Shown in pieces: positions 38,701 through 50,723 of a stretch of 64,000 nt of DNA. The notes beneath the pieces were generated by a model. The model made no database searches. It saw only the letters and a list, made by a program, of their open reading frames with translations, and had not been told where the DNA came from. Each line of letters opens with the position of its first letter. The stretch's first letter is position 1. The position numbers were made by a program, and so were the translations under genes. This stretch comes from Eledone cirrhosa (taxonomy: Eukaryota). The stretch is taken from positions 206,646,001 through 206,710,000 of the forward strand of contig OZ024742.1 of NCBI GenBank assembly GCA_964016885.1. Direction: 5' to 3'.

Positions 38701-38850
38701 TCCCCAACTCCCCCATCCCCACCCCGTTCTCTGTAAAATTATGTTGGTACCACAATATCCAGTCCTAAGTAAATGAGGTCGTGTAGGTGTCACAACAAAA
38801 AAGCACACAGTCCACGCTGTAATGTGGCCGTGTAGGTAACACAGTAAAAA
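35744..38850 (+). mobile_element. Nearly complete decayed RTE-clade LINE (APE + RT + PHD-like finger)
   Basis: VQETRW, ISAY, QIDYIL (APE); QFGF, DLEKAFDRV, GVHQGSVLSPLLF, LLYADDL (RT); multiple stops and frameshifts. Confidence 0.92.
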
Positions 38851-40880
38851 CCTAAACCCACAGATACCACCCTATTTTTAACAGACACACTATAAAACTA
38901 TCCTACTCTAATACCATGAACATAGCACAAAATATAAATAGATTTAATAATAGAAACTTAAATTTAAACCCTAACAAAACAAACCAAGATAGCAATAATA
39001 ATATTTCTAATAACAATATTCATAATAATAGTACCGGTCCTAGTAACAACAACTCCAGAAAATGTAACTGTAGAATTAAATCAAACTGCGCTTTACAAAA
39101 TAATTGCTTAGACAAAAACTTAATTTATAAATGCACAGTTAAAACTAGAGCAAAAATATTTAACTATATAGGTGCCACTTCTACAAAATTCAAAGAACGC
39201 TGGTACAACTACAAATATACATTTAATAGGTCCGATAAAAAATCTTCCACTTCACTTTCACATCTAATTTGGAATTTAAAGGACAACAATATAGACTATC
39301 AATATCTTGGGGAATGATTTCGAAAGCACCTGTAAACCGAAATATGACTTTCTCAAGAATCTATCATTTGTGTATCGATGAAATTTTTTATTTAATTAAC
39401 TGTCAAAACTCTATTAATTTAAAAACAGAATTATATACTTCTTGCAGACACCGCCAAAAATCCACTTTCCGAAATATTTTTAATCTATGATATTCATTAC
39501 ACTTGACTACATCTTATACACCTTGAAAATGATCCTATTATTTACTGAGTTTTTCTTTAAAAAATTAAAATTTTTTAAATGATCTTCCTTCTTAAATTTA
39601 GTAGTTTTACCATTTGATATTCTTTTCCTAATGATACTCTTCTTAATCTATTTTTTAGATGTAGATTGATACTCTTTAATTAACATTCTGAAAAATATCC
39701 TCTTTACGATACTTCTTCTAAATGCAGTCTTGACTTATCTAATAATACATTTTTCTTCTTTTTATCTTCAAACTTTTCACACATCTTTCGACGTAGATAA
39801 TATGTAATAGAAATTCTCATCCTTGAAAAACATATAATATAAAATACCTTATAATCTCACACAAAATAATATATAATTTTCTCTACATACTTTCTCAAAT
39901 TTATTGGTTAGCAAATAATATTGGAGTTATCTTTTCCTTTACAATTGAGCAAACATAGACGTGATAATGTGTATGATAAATTATATAATTTCACTAAATT
40001 AACAATGTTCTGAAAACATTTTCAATGTTGGATGAAAATATTTGAATCTTCAAATTGTTCTTCTCTTACAATTTGAACTACGTCTTTTTCTTAAATATTT
40101 ATGTAAAATGTAAAATCAACATCCTTCGTAACTCATATTAGAAATGTAAACAATTAATTCGTGTGTTTTATTTCTATAAAATCACCAATAATACTTATAC
40201 TTGCACACTTATTAATCTATATAGATATTTATATACTTACAACCTGTTGCAATGTAATAAGATAAAATGTACTTACAACCATAATTCTTCATATAATCTA
40301 ATTGATTATATATATAATATTATAACTCATAATATAGCTAAATATTTTTTTTTAATTCTGGAATCATACTCCACCATTCCTACAAACTGTTAATTCTTTT
40401 TAAATTCACGTAAATACAAGCTTTTCTTTCTTTCTCTCTCTTCTTCTTACACATACATTTATATATATATATATCCTAATAATTATTTAAATCTACCTAG
40501 CGTCTAAAAATAACGTTTTGTTTTCAGCCCTATACCTCAACTTCATTTGCATACTCATCTTAATAATTTGAAATATTTGACTTTTCCTCTCTTTCCCCTC
40601 TTTCCTTTTACTACCCAGGAAAAACTTGAACCATTAAGATCTCCTTCCTGGATATGTCAATATTTATAAAACAAACTTTGTATTTTATCTGATGAGGGCG
40701 TACCAAAGTTTTAGTACCCTTGAAATATATATAATATAATATATATGGTTTTATAAATATAGTTTCCATTTATTAATATCATTGATATTATACTCCAGAA
40801 AACTTGTTGAGTGCTTCGAATCAGTTATAAACATATATATTTGTTGAATTACCAACAAATTAAATATCCTTTTTGCTTAT
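38851..40880 (+). mobile_element. Penelope-like element 3' part (GIY-YIG, possibly Naiad-type) with long AT-rich 3' region
   Basis: HPIFNRHTIKLSYS, CNC....C....C, LIY...YIGAT...FKERW, SLS..IW.LK, terminal CRH; hammerhead-like core at 40689-40725. Confidence 0.75.
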
Positions 40881-41159
40881 ATATGTATATACAACCTCGT
40901 TAGAGTGACCTTTTAAAGTGCCTACATTCATGGTACCAACTCTGAAGTTTTGGATTTCGTTTGGTGGGTGGAAGGGATGAGTTGGAAGCGCAGGGATGGG
41001 TGAGGGAGATGGGGTTATGTTAGCCATCCACGTCTGAAATAAAGAGGAATCCTTGCATTCTCATCCAGCAATATGAGGTGAATTTATCTTTATCTTTGAC
41101 ATTGTCATTTGATTGTCCAGATTCTTCATACTCTCCAGAATTCTATAGTCCATCTAGCA

Positions 41160-42455
41160 TATCAAAAGCAACCAGGTTTAAACTTAAGTAGTGATAGCCG
41201 AGGCGGTGGTTTTGTAACAGAACTAAGAGAATTTTTGCTCAAACAAAAATACCCATCTCTACTTATAGAAATTGGCATACAGCGGGCTATAAAAATACCT
41301 ATACAACAACTTAGGACAACCCAAGGAAGAAGAAACCAAGAACTGGTCATACCATTTATAATGACACACAGCCCATGTCACCAGAATATTTTCAACACTG
41401 CCAAAGCAAACCTACCGATCATTGCTCAAAGTAATGAATTAAAAGGCTTAATCACAGATCGATCATTGACTCTTAAGACAGCCGAAAAATTTGAAGCAAT
41501 TTCTAACAAAAGCAAAGTTTGACCTTAACAACAAAGACCAATCACTGTATCTAAATGCAATGATAGTCGATGTGGCACATGTCAATCCATACACGCCGGT
41601 CAATATATGAAAACAAAAACTGAAAAAATATTCCCAAATGCAAATATGAACTGCAAAAGCAGAAATCTAATTTACTGCATTAAATGCCCGAATTGTGAAG
41701 AACTATATGTCGGCCAAACTGGAAATGCACTATCTGAACGTGAACGGGTATACCGACAGCAAATCAGAGACCCAAATGTCCGTCAGATACCCCTAAGTAA
41801 CCATCTAGCAACATGTGGTCAGGGAATATTTATAATATTCCCATTCTACAAATTACACAGCCCAAGTGAAATCAAGAGAAAAAACAAAAGAAAGGAATTT
41901 TATTGATAAATTCAAACCCAAGCTAAATGAACAATAATAATGGGGTATCCTACTATGACTATGACTACGACCACTAACAACAACAACAACAATAATAATA
42001 ATAATAAAAGTGATGTTGATGGTGATGATTACTAGAAAATGCTATTTTCATCATTTCTAAAAATAGCAAAACAATTGATGCTTTGGATAGGGTCAATTAG
42101 TAGTCGTTAGACATGCTCAACCAACCGTGACGCCTAAACCAATCAGCTTTAGTAAACCAGTGAAACTACACACCGATTGGTCGAAATACAGTTTGCAAGA
42201 TTTGTAGATTTGTATATAAAGCACAAAATTTACCCATCTCATTACAGTTGAAAATTGCAAACTTGACTGTCACCACACATTATGAACCTGAAGATTGCGA
42301 AAGCATGAAAGTACTTGTTCAATCAACACTTAACATTCTACCATACTATTTCATTCTAATACCATTATAAATTTTAAAGGATTGTAAATAAAACGAGTAA
42401 ATCAGACAAAGTTGTAATTCCTTTTATTAATATAATCTTCTATACACACCCGTGT
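41160..42455 (+). mobile_element. Penelope-like element 3' part (Neptune-type GIY-YIG) with pLTR
   Basis: FLLKQKYP, IPFIMTH, CNDSRCGTC linker, NLIYCIKCPNCEELYVGQTG..LSER; hammerhead in the 3' region. Confidence 0.82.
42283..42321 (+). ncRNA. Minimal type I hammerhead ribozyme in pLTR
   Basis: Stem I TGAAC/GTTCA, CTGAAGA (42288-42294), stem II TGC-GAAA-GCA, GAAA (42307-42310), palindromic AGTACT, predicted cleavage after 42316. Confidence 0.78.
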
Positions 42456-42687
42456 ATATCTATCTATCTATCTCTGGGATGGACACACGCGTATAACTTG
42501 CTGAGTAAGTTCTGTTTAAATTTCTATAGAAATTCTTGTCTGATAACTTTAATTTTTGTACCATTTTGTAGAGGGACTGCCAGGTCAAACTTTGATCTGG
42601 TCAGTCTCTCAAAATATTCTACGCCTTTAGGCGAAATAGTTAAACAAAAAAAAGTTTTTTCTTGTTGAAAAGTCAATATTTTTTTAA

Positions 42688-44484
42688 ATGGCCGAAGCTT
42701 CTTCACCAAAATTCGAAGCAGGAAAGGGGAAGATGAACTTACAGCTTCCCCCTGCCACTGTCACAGTAGCAGAGGTCAAGAAGAAAGGTCAGCCAGAGGA
42801 AGAATTCTCTCCACCTGTTAACCGACAACTTGACGTTGCCATGGCAACAACTCAAAGAACCAGCAGCAACAGCAACAACAACAACAATGCGACGGACGAA
42901 AACAACACCAATAACAATAACAACAACAACAAGACCAATAACGGTGACAACAACAACAATGATAACAACAACACCACCAACGACAACAACAACACAAACA
43001 AACAAAATTTCTCCTTCGCCGAGACGACAAGGAAAACCCTCGACTATCTGCCAGTAGATATAACAAAAGCGAAGGAGCTACTGGCGGATGCGAAAAAATA
43101 TATAGTGTACGGGGAAAATGGTTCATTCACAATCCATTCCCCCCCCCCCCCCCCGGAACTAAAAAGCCAGAGACTCCTAAACACGGTCATGTTTAGGACA
43201 ATCTCGAACAAAAGTAAAAAACCAGCTCAACCATCACAGAGCGAGATAGAGCTGGTTTTAAAAGACGTCATGAAGGACATCACCTTCATTCAGAAGGATA
43301 GACTCTACGGGAGTCTATCCATTCTCATGAAGGACAGGGACACAGCAGTGAAACTGTCCATCAAACCAATCACATCCACCGCATACACCTTCTACCCTAC
43401 GTACATGGGTAGAAGAACACAAAAAATAAAAATCCACACCATCCTGCCGATTATGGACATATGGTGGGTTTTGACAGGTTTTCTGGACCTGGAGGATGAC
43501 ATGCTGGTGTCCATGGGAAAGGCATCGGGTGACGCGTTCAGTGGAACGAGCCTCGAACTTGTAGTTCAAATGAGGCCCGAAAGGATCGCCCAGATCCCTG
43601 AACGCGTCATACTGGATGATCTAACCTTCATCAACATTACCGTTGAGGGTAGACGGCCCTCGTGTTACCTCTGCGGAACCAGAGGTCACCTGAGGGCTGT
43701 CTGTCCCCAACTTAATAAGAAAACCCCAATCCTGCCTACACCACCAACAACTGCACAACCAACACAATCACCACAACTACCACTACAAAAACAACCACCA
43801 CAGCTCAAACCAAAACAAAACAATGTCCAACCCATCCCCTCCACTCAAAAAACAAAAACAATTTCCAAAACACCCGTACCGCAAACACAACCCGAAAATA
43901 TACCCCTCCCCTCCAACGCGGAAGATGACCCTAGTTCGTCGTCAGACGAGGAGGAGCACTTCCACACAATCAAAAGAAAAAAAAGAAAACACACCTCAGA
44001 CACACAAATGAAAAAAACCCCTCCCCAAAACATAACACTGACACCAACACAAAAGAGCTCACAACAACAGCAAACAAAAAACACCACACAAAAACAAAAA
44101 CATGCATACACATACATAAATACAAGAAACAAAAAACTGTTAAACATTGTGTACAACAACAATCTAATAAAAACACAAGGGCCTAACTTCACCCAGGCAG
44201 GGGATTTCCCCCACGTCAAAATGATTAAGGCCCCACAGGACACCTATAAAACTTTAAAAAACAATTTTAAAGAGGACGTGGGTCCCCCCTGCGTCGGGCC
44301 CATTAACCGCGTCCTCCTAAAAAACTATCCCACCCCCTCCCCAAACACCGACACAACTCCAAGCTCCCCAACCACACATCACACTGATGCCCCCACACTT
44401 CCACAAACCACCACCCCACCCAACAACCCATCCCCCACCCTAATGGAAATTGTGCAGCCCGATACCCGGGACGCAGAGAGGTAA
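42688..44484 (+). CDS. ORF1p, 598 aa, CCHC knuckle, poly-Asn tract
   Basis: ATG to TAA open; CYLCGTRGHLRAVC; homologous to the ORF1 at 6228-8321. Confidence 0.9.
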   Translation: MAEASSPKFEAGKGKMNLQLPPATVTVAEVKKKGQPEEEFSPPVNRQLDVAMATTQRTSSNSNNNNNATDENNTNNNNNNNKTNNGDNNNNDNNNTTNDNNNTNKQNFSFAETTRKTLDYLPVDITKAKELLADAKKYIVYGENGSFTIHSPPPPPELKSQRLLNTVMFRTISNKSKKPAQPSQSEIELVLKDVMKDITFIQKDRLYGSLSILMKDRDTAVKLSIKPITSTAYTFYPTYMGRRTQKIKIHTILPIMDIWWVLTGFLDLEDDMLVSMGKASGDAFSGTSLELVVQMRPERIAQIPERVILDDLTFINITVEGRRPSCYLCGTRGHLRAVCPQLNKKTPILPTPPTTAQPTQSPQLPLQKQPPQLKPKQNNVQPIPSTQKTKTISKTPVPQTQPENIPLPSNAEDDPSSSSDEEEHFHTIKRKKRKHTSDTQMKKTPPQNITLTPTQKSSQQQQTKNTTQKQKHAYTYINTRNKKLLNIVYNNNLIKTQGPNFTQAGDFPHVKMIKAPQDTYKTLKNNFKEDVGPPCVGPINRVLLKNYPTPSPNTDTTPSSPTTHHTDAPTLPQTTTPPNNPSPTLMEIVQPDTRDAER

Positions 44485-44508
44485 GTGCCTTTTCTCTTCA
44501 CCACCAAC

Positions 44509-47500
44509 ATGGCTATGCTAAGAGTAGGCTGTTTAAATGCGCGTGGCCTGGGCTCAACTTGGAAGCAAGCAATGCTTCTAAATGACCTCAGGTCACAACG
44601 TATAGATGTGATGGTTATTTGCGAGGCCCGGATCAGCAACGTGCGACAGCTGGCCCCCACCTTTGATGACTTTGAGATGCACGCATCTCTCTGTCAGCCC
44701 GGAGGCGGGGGTGGAGTTGTCGTTCTGCTGCAAAAACATCTGGGTCTCGCAACACAGATGGTACATTTGGACCCGGAGGGTCGACTAGTGGTTCTGGACC
44801 TTGGCAGTGGTAAAGGCGGAGCGTTTAGGTTGGTAGCCGCCTACGGCCCTTTCGGGTCAATGCGGCCGGACTTCTTCCATCGTCTGGAGACTTTTCTAGG
44901 GACGTCCCGCTCCTTGCTATTAGTGGGGGACTGGAATGGTATCCTAGATGCACGCTGGGACTACGTAGGGGCCTGCCCCGATAGAGAGGGGTGTAATAGC
45001 CTCAAAGGGTTAATCGGTCGATTTGACCTGGCCGATAGATATCGACTAGATTTTCCGACTGCGCCAACCTGGACTTGGGCAAATCGTAGCGGATCATCTA
45101 GGTCGTACCTAGATAGGTTCTTAGTTAGAATTAAGGATAAGGACTTTTTAAGTTGTCCAAAAATGCGCATGGTTGGCTATTCAGACCACAAATTAGTGAC
45201 CTGCATGGTCAACCTTGACAGAACTCATAGACAGGGCCCCGGTTACTGGAAGCTCAACTTGTCCTTGCCGGCAAGTAGAGCCTACAGGAATCGGATTAGT
45301 ACGTTAGTTAAGGAACGGTTGACTGGAGCGATCGTCAACAGCAGGTGGTGGGTATCTCTAAAGAGAGAGATTAGAGTAGTCTCGATAGAATTTAGTAAGG
45401 TTCTAGCTGCGGATAGGAATAGGAAGGAAAGGGAGCTAATAGATAGAGTAGAAGAGGCAATTAGAAGCGGCGACGTGGCCAGAGTGCTAGCGTCGAGAAC
45501 GGCTTTGAGCCAGTTTTTCGACGCGAAGCACGAAGGCTGCGTTGTCCGAAGTAAAATACGTGCTCTAGGGAACGAGGGGACCAAAGCTGTTAGCTGGGCC
45601 CGCGTGACAGAGGCCAACAGTGGAACTAAATCCACCATCCGGTCTTTGCGAGACCTGGATGGACGAGCGATTCTTGAGCCTAAGCAGATGTGTGAGGCCT
45701 TTCAAAGGCACTTTGCCCGACTGTTCGGGAGGGGCGGGGAGCCGGTTGGGAACGTGGACTTCGGTCCATACCTCGACGGCCTGCCGCGCCTCTCGGACAG
45801 GGAGGCGAAGTCCTGCGAGGAGCCGATTTCGGCCGCTGAGATAGAGGACGTGCTGAGCCAATGCGGCAAACGCAAATCCCCGGGTCTCGATGGTCTTCCT
45901 TACGAATTATATCTAGCTATGCCGGACTTGTTCCCCGATCTCCTCGAGGTGGTCTACTGCAACTGGCAACAGAACAGGAGAATTCCCTGTACTGTGACCA
46001 AGGGCGTAGTCACGCTAGTGAGGAAGGACGAGAACAAGGGGGACGAAATAAGTAACTTCAGGCCCATAACACTGCTAAATACAGAGTTACAGATTTTGGC
46101 CAAGGTGCTAGCAAAGAGGTTGGCGCTTGTCGTGGGCAACCTGGTGGGAGATGCGCAGACATGCGCTATCCCGTCCAGGTCCATCCATGACAACCTCCAC
46201 CTCATGCGATACATCATAGAGAGGGTTGGGAACGAACCCGGCTTTGGTGGGGCTCTGATCAACTTGGATCAATCTAAGGCGTTCGATAGGGTCGACCATG
46301 GTTACCTGGATGCGGTGCTAGCGGCGGCAGGCTTCGGACCCGTTTTCAGGGGCTGGATCACTGCTATGCACAGCAGCCGCATCTGCTCTAGGGTCAAGGT
46401 GAACGGCTACCTCTCGGAGCCGTTCAAAATCGCGCGGTCCATCCGACAAGGGTGCCCTCTCTCCCCCCTTCTGTATGTGTTGACTCTCGAGCCACTACTG
46501 CGGAAGTTGGAGTTGTTGCAGGGCATCCCTTTGGAACCGGGATTGCGGAAAGCGGTGTCGGCCTACGCCGATGACGTGACAGTAATGGTGGCGACGGCCT
46601 CCGAAATCGAGGCGGTCGGCACCTTACTGGAGGAGTACGAAAAGTTCACAGGGGCTAAGCTGAACCGGGACAAGTCGATCGGTTTGCAACTCGGCACGTG
46701 GAGGGGCAGACCGATGCCCTCCGATGGCGTCGTCGGACGCTGGACGGAGGGCCCGGTGAAGTTGCTCGGGGTCTGGTTCGGACCGGACCTCCAGGTGGAG
46801 AAAAACTGGGCGGAGGTTACGAACAGGGTGTTTGCACTGACCCAGAAGTGGGCCAGTTGCAAACTATCCCTGAAAGGTCGGGCGGAGGTGGCGAACACCT
46901 ACATAGCGTCCGTCATCTACTACCGCCTGACCGTAGTGCCCTGCCCAAGGGAAACCCTCACCAAGATGGAGCGCGCGCTCTTCCAATTCCTTTGGAAGAG
47001 GCGGGCTCCTATGGTGAGGAGATCCATCTGCTGTCAACACCCTTCGAAAGGAGGGCTGGGGATGCCGTGGCTAATGATGCGTAAACACGCATTAAGGCTA
47101 CGGCACCTCTACGTATTCCTCACCGGACAACCGGTGTGGGCCTCGTTTGTGAGACGAACCTTTCCCAGACTCGTCTCACTCACCGAGCTGCAATCCTGGG
47201 TCAAGCAAAGACCGAGAAAACTGGGCGCCTGGCACACTGAGTGTGCCCAGGCGCTCACCGCCCTCTGGCAGGCGGATCCGGTTATCAGTGGAGACTCCAC
47301 CGCAACATTCTATAGAGGGCTGGTACGCAGCAGGTGCGACGACGCCCTCGGAGAAGCCCGAGACATGGAGGAGGACGAACTGGCCAGCCTGTTCGGTAGG
47401 ACATTCAGCCCGGGACCTATGGACAACTTCCAGAAGTCCCTGGCCTGGCAGTGCTACCGAGGGGCTTTACCCGTTCGAGAAAGGCTCTACAGACACGGGC

Positions 47501-47946
47501 GCCCGGGTAGGGACCCCGCCAAAAAGATCTGTCCCAGATGCGTGTGCGACGAGGAAACCGTTGCACACGCATTGGTACACTGCTCGGGCGTAGCCGATCT
47601 GTGGGGCTATGTCGAACAACTGCTGTCAAGGGTGGGACCGATCCGGTTGACCACCGAGTCTATTGTAATGATCAAGCCGCCTCCCCCCTTCAAAGATGAA
47701 GCAGAGGCGGTGTTTCTGTGCGTAATAGCCATGGCGAAAGAGGTTGTATGGTGGACGCGTCTGAAAGGACTGAGGTCAGGCACCTTTCTCTCTGGCCAAC
47801 AACTGGTCCGTTTCTTCCGATATCATTTCGGAAGAAGGATCAGGATGGAGAGAGAGGTGCTGCACCCCAGCCGTTTCTATGAAAGATGGGTGAAAGTGGC
47901 GAGAATGGCCCGTGTGAATGGGCCTTCACTCTACATCAGACTATAG
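44509..47946 (+). CDS. ORF2p, about 1145 aa: APE endonuclease, reverse transcriptase, C-terminal zinc finger
   Basis: ATG at 44509; GDWNG, YLDR, SDHK; [32 protein letters not shown]; CPRC...HALVHC; no stops. Confidence 0.95.
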   Translation: MAMLRVGCLNARGLGSTWKQAMLLNDLRSQRIDVMVICEARISNVRQLAPTFDDFEMHASLCQPGGGGGVVVLLQKHLGLATQMVHLDPEGRLVVLDLGSGKGGAFRLVAAYGPFGSMRPDFFHRLETFLGTSRSLLLVGDWNGILDARWDYVGACPDREGCNSLKGLIGRFDLADRYRLDFPTAPTWTWANRSGSSRSYLDRFLVRIKDKDFLSCPKMRMVGYSDHKLVTCMVNLDRTHRQGPGYWKLNLSLPASRAYRNRISTLVKERLTGAIVNSRWWVSLKREIRVVSIEFSKVLAADRNRKERELIDRVEEAIRSGDVARVLASRTALSQFFDAKHEGCVVRSKIRALGNEGTKAVSWARVTEANSGTKSTIRSLRDLDGRAILEPKQMCEAFQRHFARLFGRGGEPVGNVDFGPYLDGLPRLSDREAKSCEEPISAAEIEDVLSQCGKRKSPGLDGLPYELYLAMPDLFPDLLEVVYCNWQQNRRIPCTVTKGVVTLVRKDENKGDEISNFRPITLLNTELQILAKVLAKRLALVVGNLVGDAQTCAIPSRSIHDNLHLMRYIIERVGNEPGFGGALINLDQSKAFDRVDHGYLDAVLAAAGFGPVFRGWITAMHSSRICSRVKVNGYLSEPFKIARSIRQGCPLSPLLYVLTLEPLLRKLELLQGIPLEPGLRKAVSAYADDVTVMVATASEIEAVGTLLEEYEKFTGAKLNRDKSIGLQLGTWRGRPMPSDGVVGRWTEGPVKLLGVWFGPDLQVEKNWAEVTNRVFALTQKWASCKLSLKGRAEVANTYIASVIYYRLTVVPCPRETLTKMERALFQFLWKRRAPMVRRSICCQHPSKGGLGMPWLMMRKHALRLRHLYVFLTGQPVWASFVRRTFPRLVSLTELQSWVKQRPRKLGAWHTECAQALTALWQADPVISGDSTATFYRGLVRSRCDDALGEARDMEEDELASLFGRTFSPGPMDNFQKSLAWQCYRGALPVRERLYRHGRPGRDPAKKICPRCVCDEETVAHALVHCSGVADLWGYVEQLLSRVGPIRLTTESIVMIKPPPPFKDEAEAVFLCVIAMAKEVVWWTRLKGLRSGTFLSGQQLVRFFRYHFGRRIRMEREVLHPSRFYERWVKVARMARVNGPSLYIRL

Positions 47947-48227
47947 GTGAGGAAGATGAAAGACCAAGGGAGCACCCCTTCTCTGTGCTCCTGAGGAGAA
48001 GGGTTGCACACTTTTTTCGGTGGGTGTGTGCGACCCCCCAAGGCGCCTCCTCTCTATTGAGGATTTTGTTAAAATTTTATTTTTTGTTATATCTTATTTT
48101 ATTTTTATATTTTGTTATTGTCTCCTCCTTATTGAGGACGCCTTTTTGTGTAAACTCCCCCCTTTGTACTTGTCCCACTTTTGATGCCCTAGTGGCAAAT
48201 AAAAGAAACATATCTATCTATCTATCT

Positions 48228-48284
48228 ATCTATATATATATATATATATATGTATATTATGTATATATTATGTATATATGTATG

Positions 48285-48348
<64 letters not shown>

Positions 48349-48366
48349 TATGTATATATGTATGTA

Positions 48367-48445
<79 letters not shown>
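48228..48445. repeat. (TA)n microsatellite
   Basis: Direct read. Confidence 0.95.
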
Positions 48446-48447
<2 letters not shown>

Positions 48448-49844
48448 CGTTGACAAATATATCAATATGCCCAGACACGTAGATATATTTCCCTTGGTAT
48501 GACAGTGTGGTTTTAGCTCAAAGTGGGATAACTAGTATACTACAGAGCCGTTATAGTTATAGGATTAACCAAAGAGTGCTTAGAAATACATTGTTTTATT
48601 AGCTAACAGTGTTTTATCTATACACCATGGCAGGAATCATCAGAACCTATAAACATGAGTATATCATCGAGCTGCGTCACCAGAACAAGGTTAAAGGATC
48701 AGCAGGGGGGTCCCGAGGCCAGCGCTATATGGAAAAAGGCAGAATACATGATGCACATAATGTCATAAAATGTCTTAAAAATTTAAAAATTAAAAATTAC
48801 ACCAAAAATGTATCACTTAAATGGTGCAACAGATGGTAAAGAGGTTGGGAGATGGTAGCAAGGGATAAGTGAGGTTTATCACTCAGCATGATCAGAAACA
48901 ATAAGAAAATAATTTAAAAATAATTAAAAAGTACAAAAATACAGGGATAAGAAAAGAGATAAATATAAAAATACAAAACAATAAAGGAACAAAAAGCCCG
49001 GAAACCCCAAAGAAATATAAGACAAAGCAAAGCATAGATGCATCAAAGCACAAGCAGTGCAAAAAGAGGGTGTACAGGCAGATCAAGAGAGTTTGCAAGC
49101 ATGAGTCTGTGAAAAGAATAGTTGGTTAGCAGTGGTGCAGCCTTACATGTATGATAGTCCATATGAGGGATGGTGTCTCCAATTATATCGCCTTATAACA
49201 GGTCGATTCTCCTTATCATATCCGCATCCTACGAACGACATCGATATGTTCCAGTTTCGAACGTTAAGTGAGATAACACTATTTTTCCAAAACCTATACC
49301 CAGGGGATTTTTCACCATAGGCGGTCTGGGATATACACCTAAAATCTAAAATAAAAAATAAAAGAAAGTACGACGAATTAAAGAAATGTATGGCATATAT
49401 ACAGCCGGCACAGATGTGAGGAAATTGAAAACACACCAGGTCCACAGAAACTGGCATTCCCCAAAATCCTCACGTTCGGTCGCTCAATCCAACGTGCCAG
49501 GTGAAATTCACTGTATGCCCAAGTTGGCGTTCAACCAATGTACCTCACCGCATACAACTGTACCACAGTAAATACAAATCGTGATGGCTATCCCGTTACA
49601 TATAGAGAAAAAGTGTATATAGGAAACTCCACTTCCAGAATCACATATGGCAGAATGAGCATATATTGTTATAATAATAGGCGGGTTTATTATAGTGAGT
49701 GCAAATTTCTGTAGAATATATAGATATATATAGAAGGGAGAACTCACAACCAAATCTGTCAATGACAGCTATGTTATTTATATTTCCGCCACGTGGATAT
49801 ATGTATATATATATACATGTATATATGTGTGTATATATATACAT

Positions 49845-50378
49845 TGGGAATACAGAAGATGATGTGGTTAAGAGGAGAGCAAAGGCTGGGCGGCTTGCGA
49901 CAGTTTAAGATCGGTGTGGACATCGGACCTTCGTAAAGACCTGAAGGTCCGTCTTTTTGTTGCTGTAGTTGAGTCTGTGCTGCTGTACGGGTCTGAGACT
50001 TGGACACTGACCAAGAAACTCACTCAGATGGCAGATGGGTGCTACACAAGAATGCTGTGGATGGCTCTGTATACACTGAGGGTGAAGGACTCAGAGCTGT
50101 ACGGGAGCTTCCCAAAAGTCAGCTTGAAAGTTGCACAGAGGAGACTGAGGTTAGCTGGACATGCTCACCAACATCTAGAGATGACACTGCACTCAGTGCT
50201 CCTGTGGGAGCCCCTGCATGGACACACTAGAAGAGGAAGACCAAGGTTGACATATGTTCATAACCTAAGGACAGACACTGGTCTCTTGGAGACGCAGGAC
50301 ATGGCAGCTATGATGAGAGACAGAGACTGGTGGAGAGAATTCATCCATGGATCTCAGGAATTTTACCCACCCTAGATA
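49845..50378 (+). mobile_element. RTE-like LINE 3' fragment (second family)
   Basis: LKVRLFVAVVESVLLYGSETWTLTK...RRLRLAGHAH...RRGRPR...DRDWWR. Confidence 0.85.
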
Positions 50379-50439
50379 TGTATGTATATTCTGATCTAGC
50401 TGTCAAAACGGCCACAGCTCAGCCATCGGCATCCTGACT

Positions 50440-50479
<40 letters not shown>

Positions 50480-50686
50480 ATAATAATACATTTGATGATT
50501 GAAATCCAAAGAGGGCTCGATAAGGATAAATATATATCAAATATATAAGAACCGTAGAGCAAATATTTATTTAAACTAACAAATAGCTGCTTCCACCCTT
50601 AACGGGATCTTCTGAAACTTTCAGAAGATCCCGTTAAGGGTGAAAGCAGCGATTCTTTGCTTAAACTTTAATCTGTTATTTTAATA

Positions 50687-50723
<37 letters not shown>

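Larger units (their letters stand above)
42474..48209 (+). mobile_element. Intact full-length Tx1-like LINE inserted in (TATC)n
   Basis: Uninterrupted ORF1 and ORF2; AATAAA near the 3' end; ATATCTATCTATCTATCT on both sides (42456-42473, 48210-48227). Confidence 0.95.

Noticed and set aside
40681-40740. Functional hammerhead at 40689-40725
   Set aside because: Core and stem II are present but the UH site and stem I do not register; kept only as a degenerate motif
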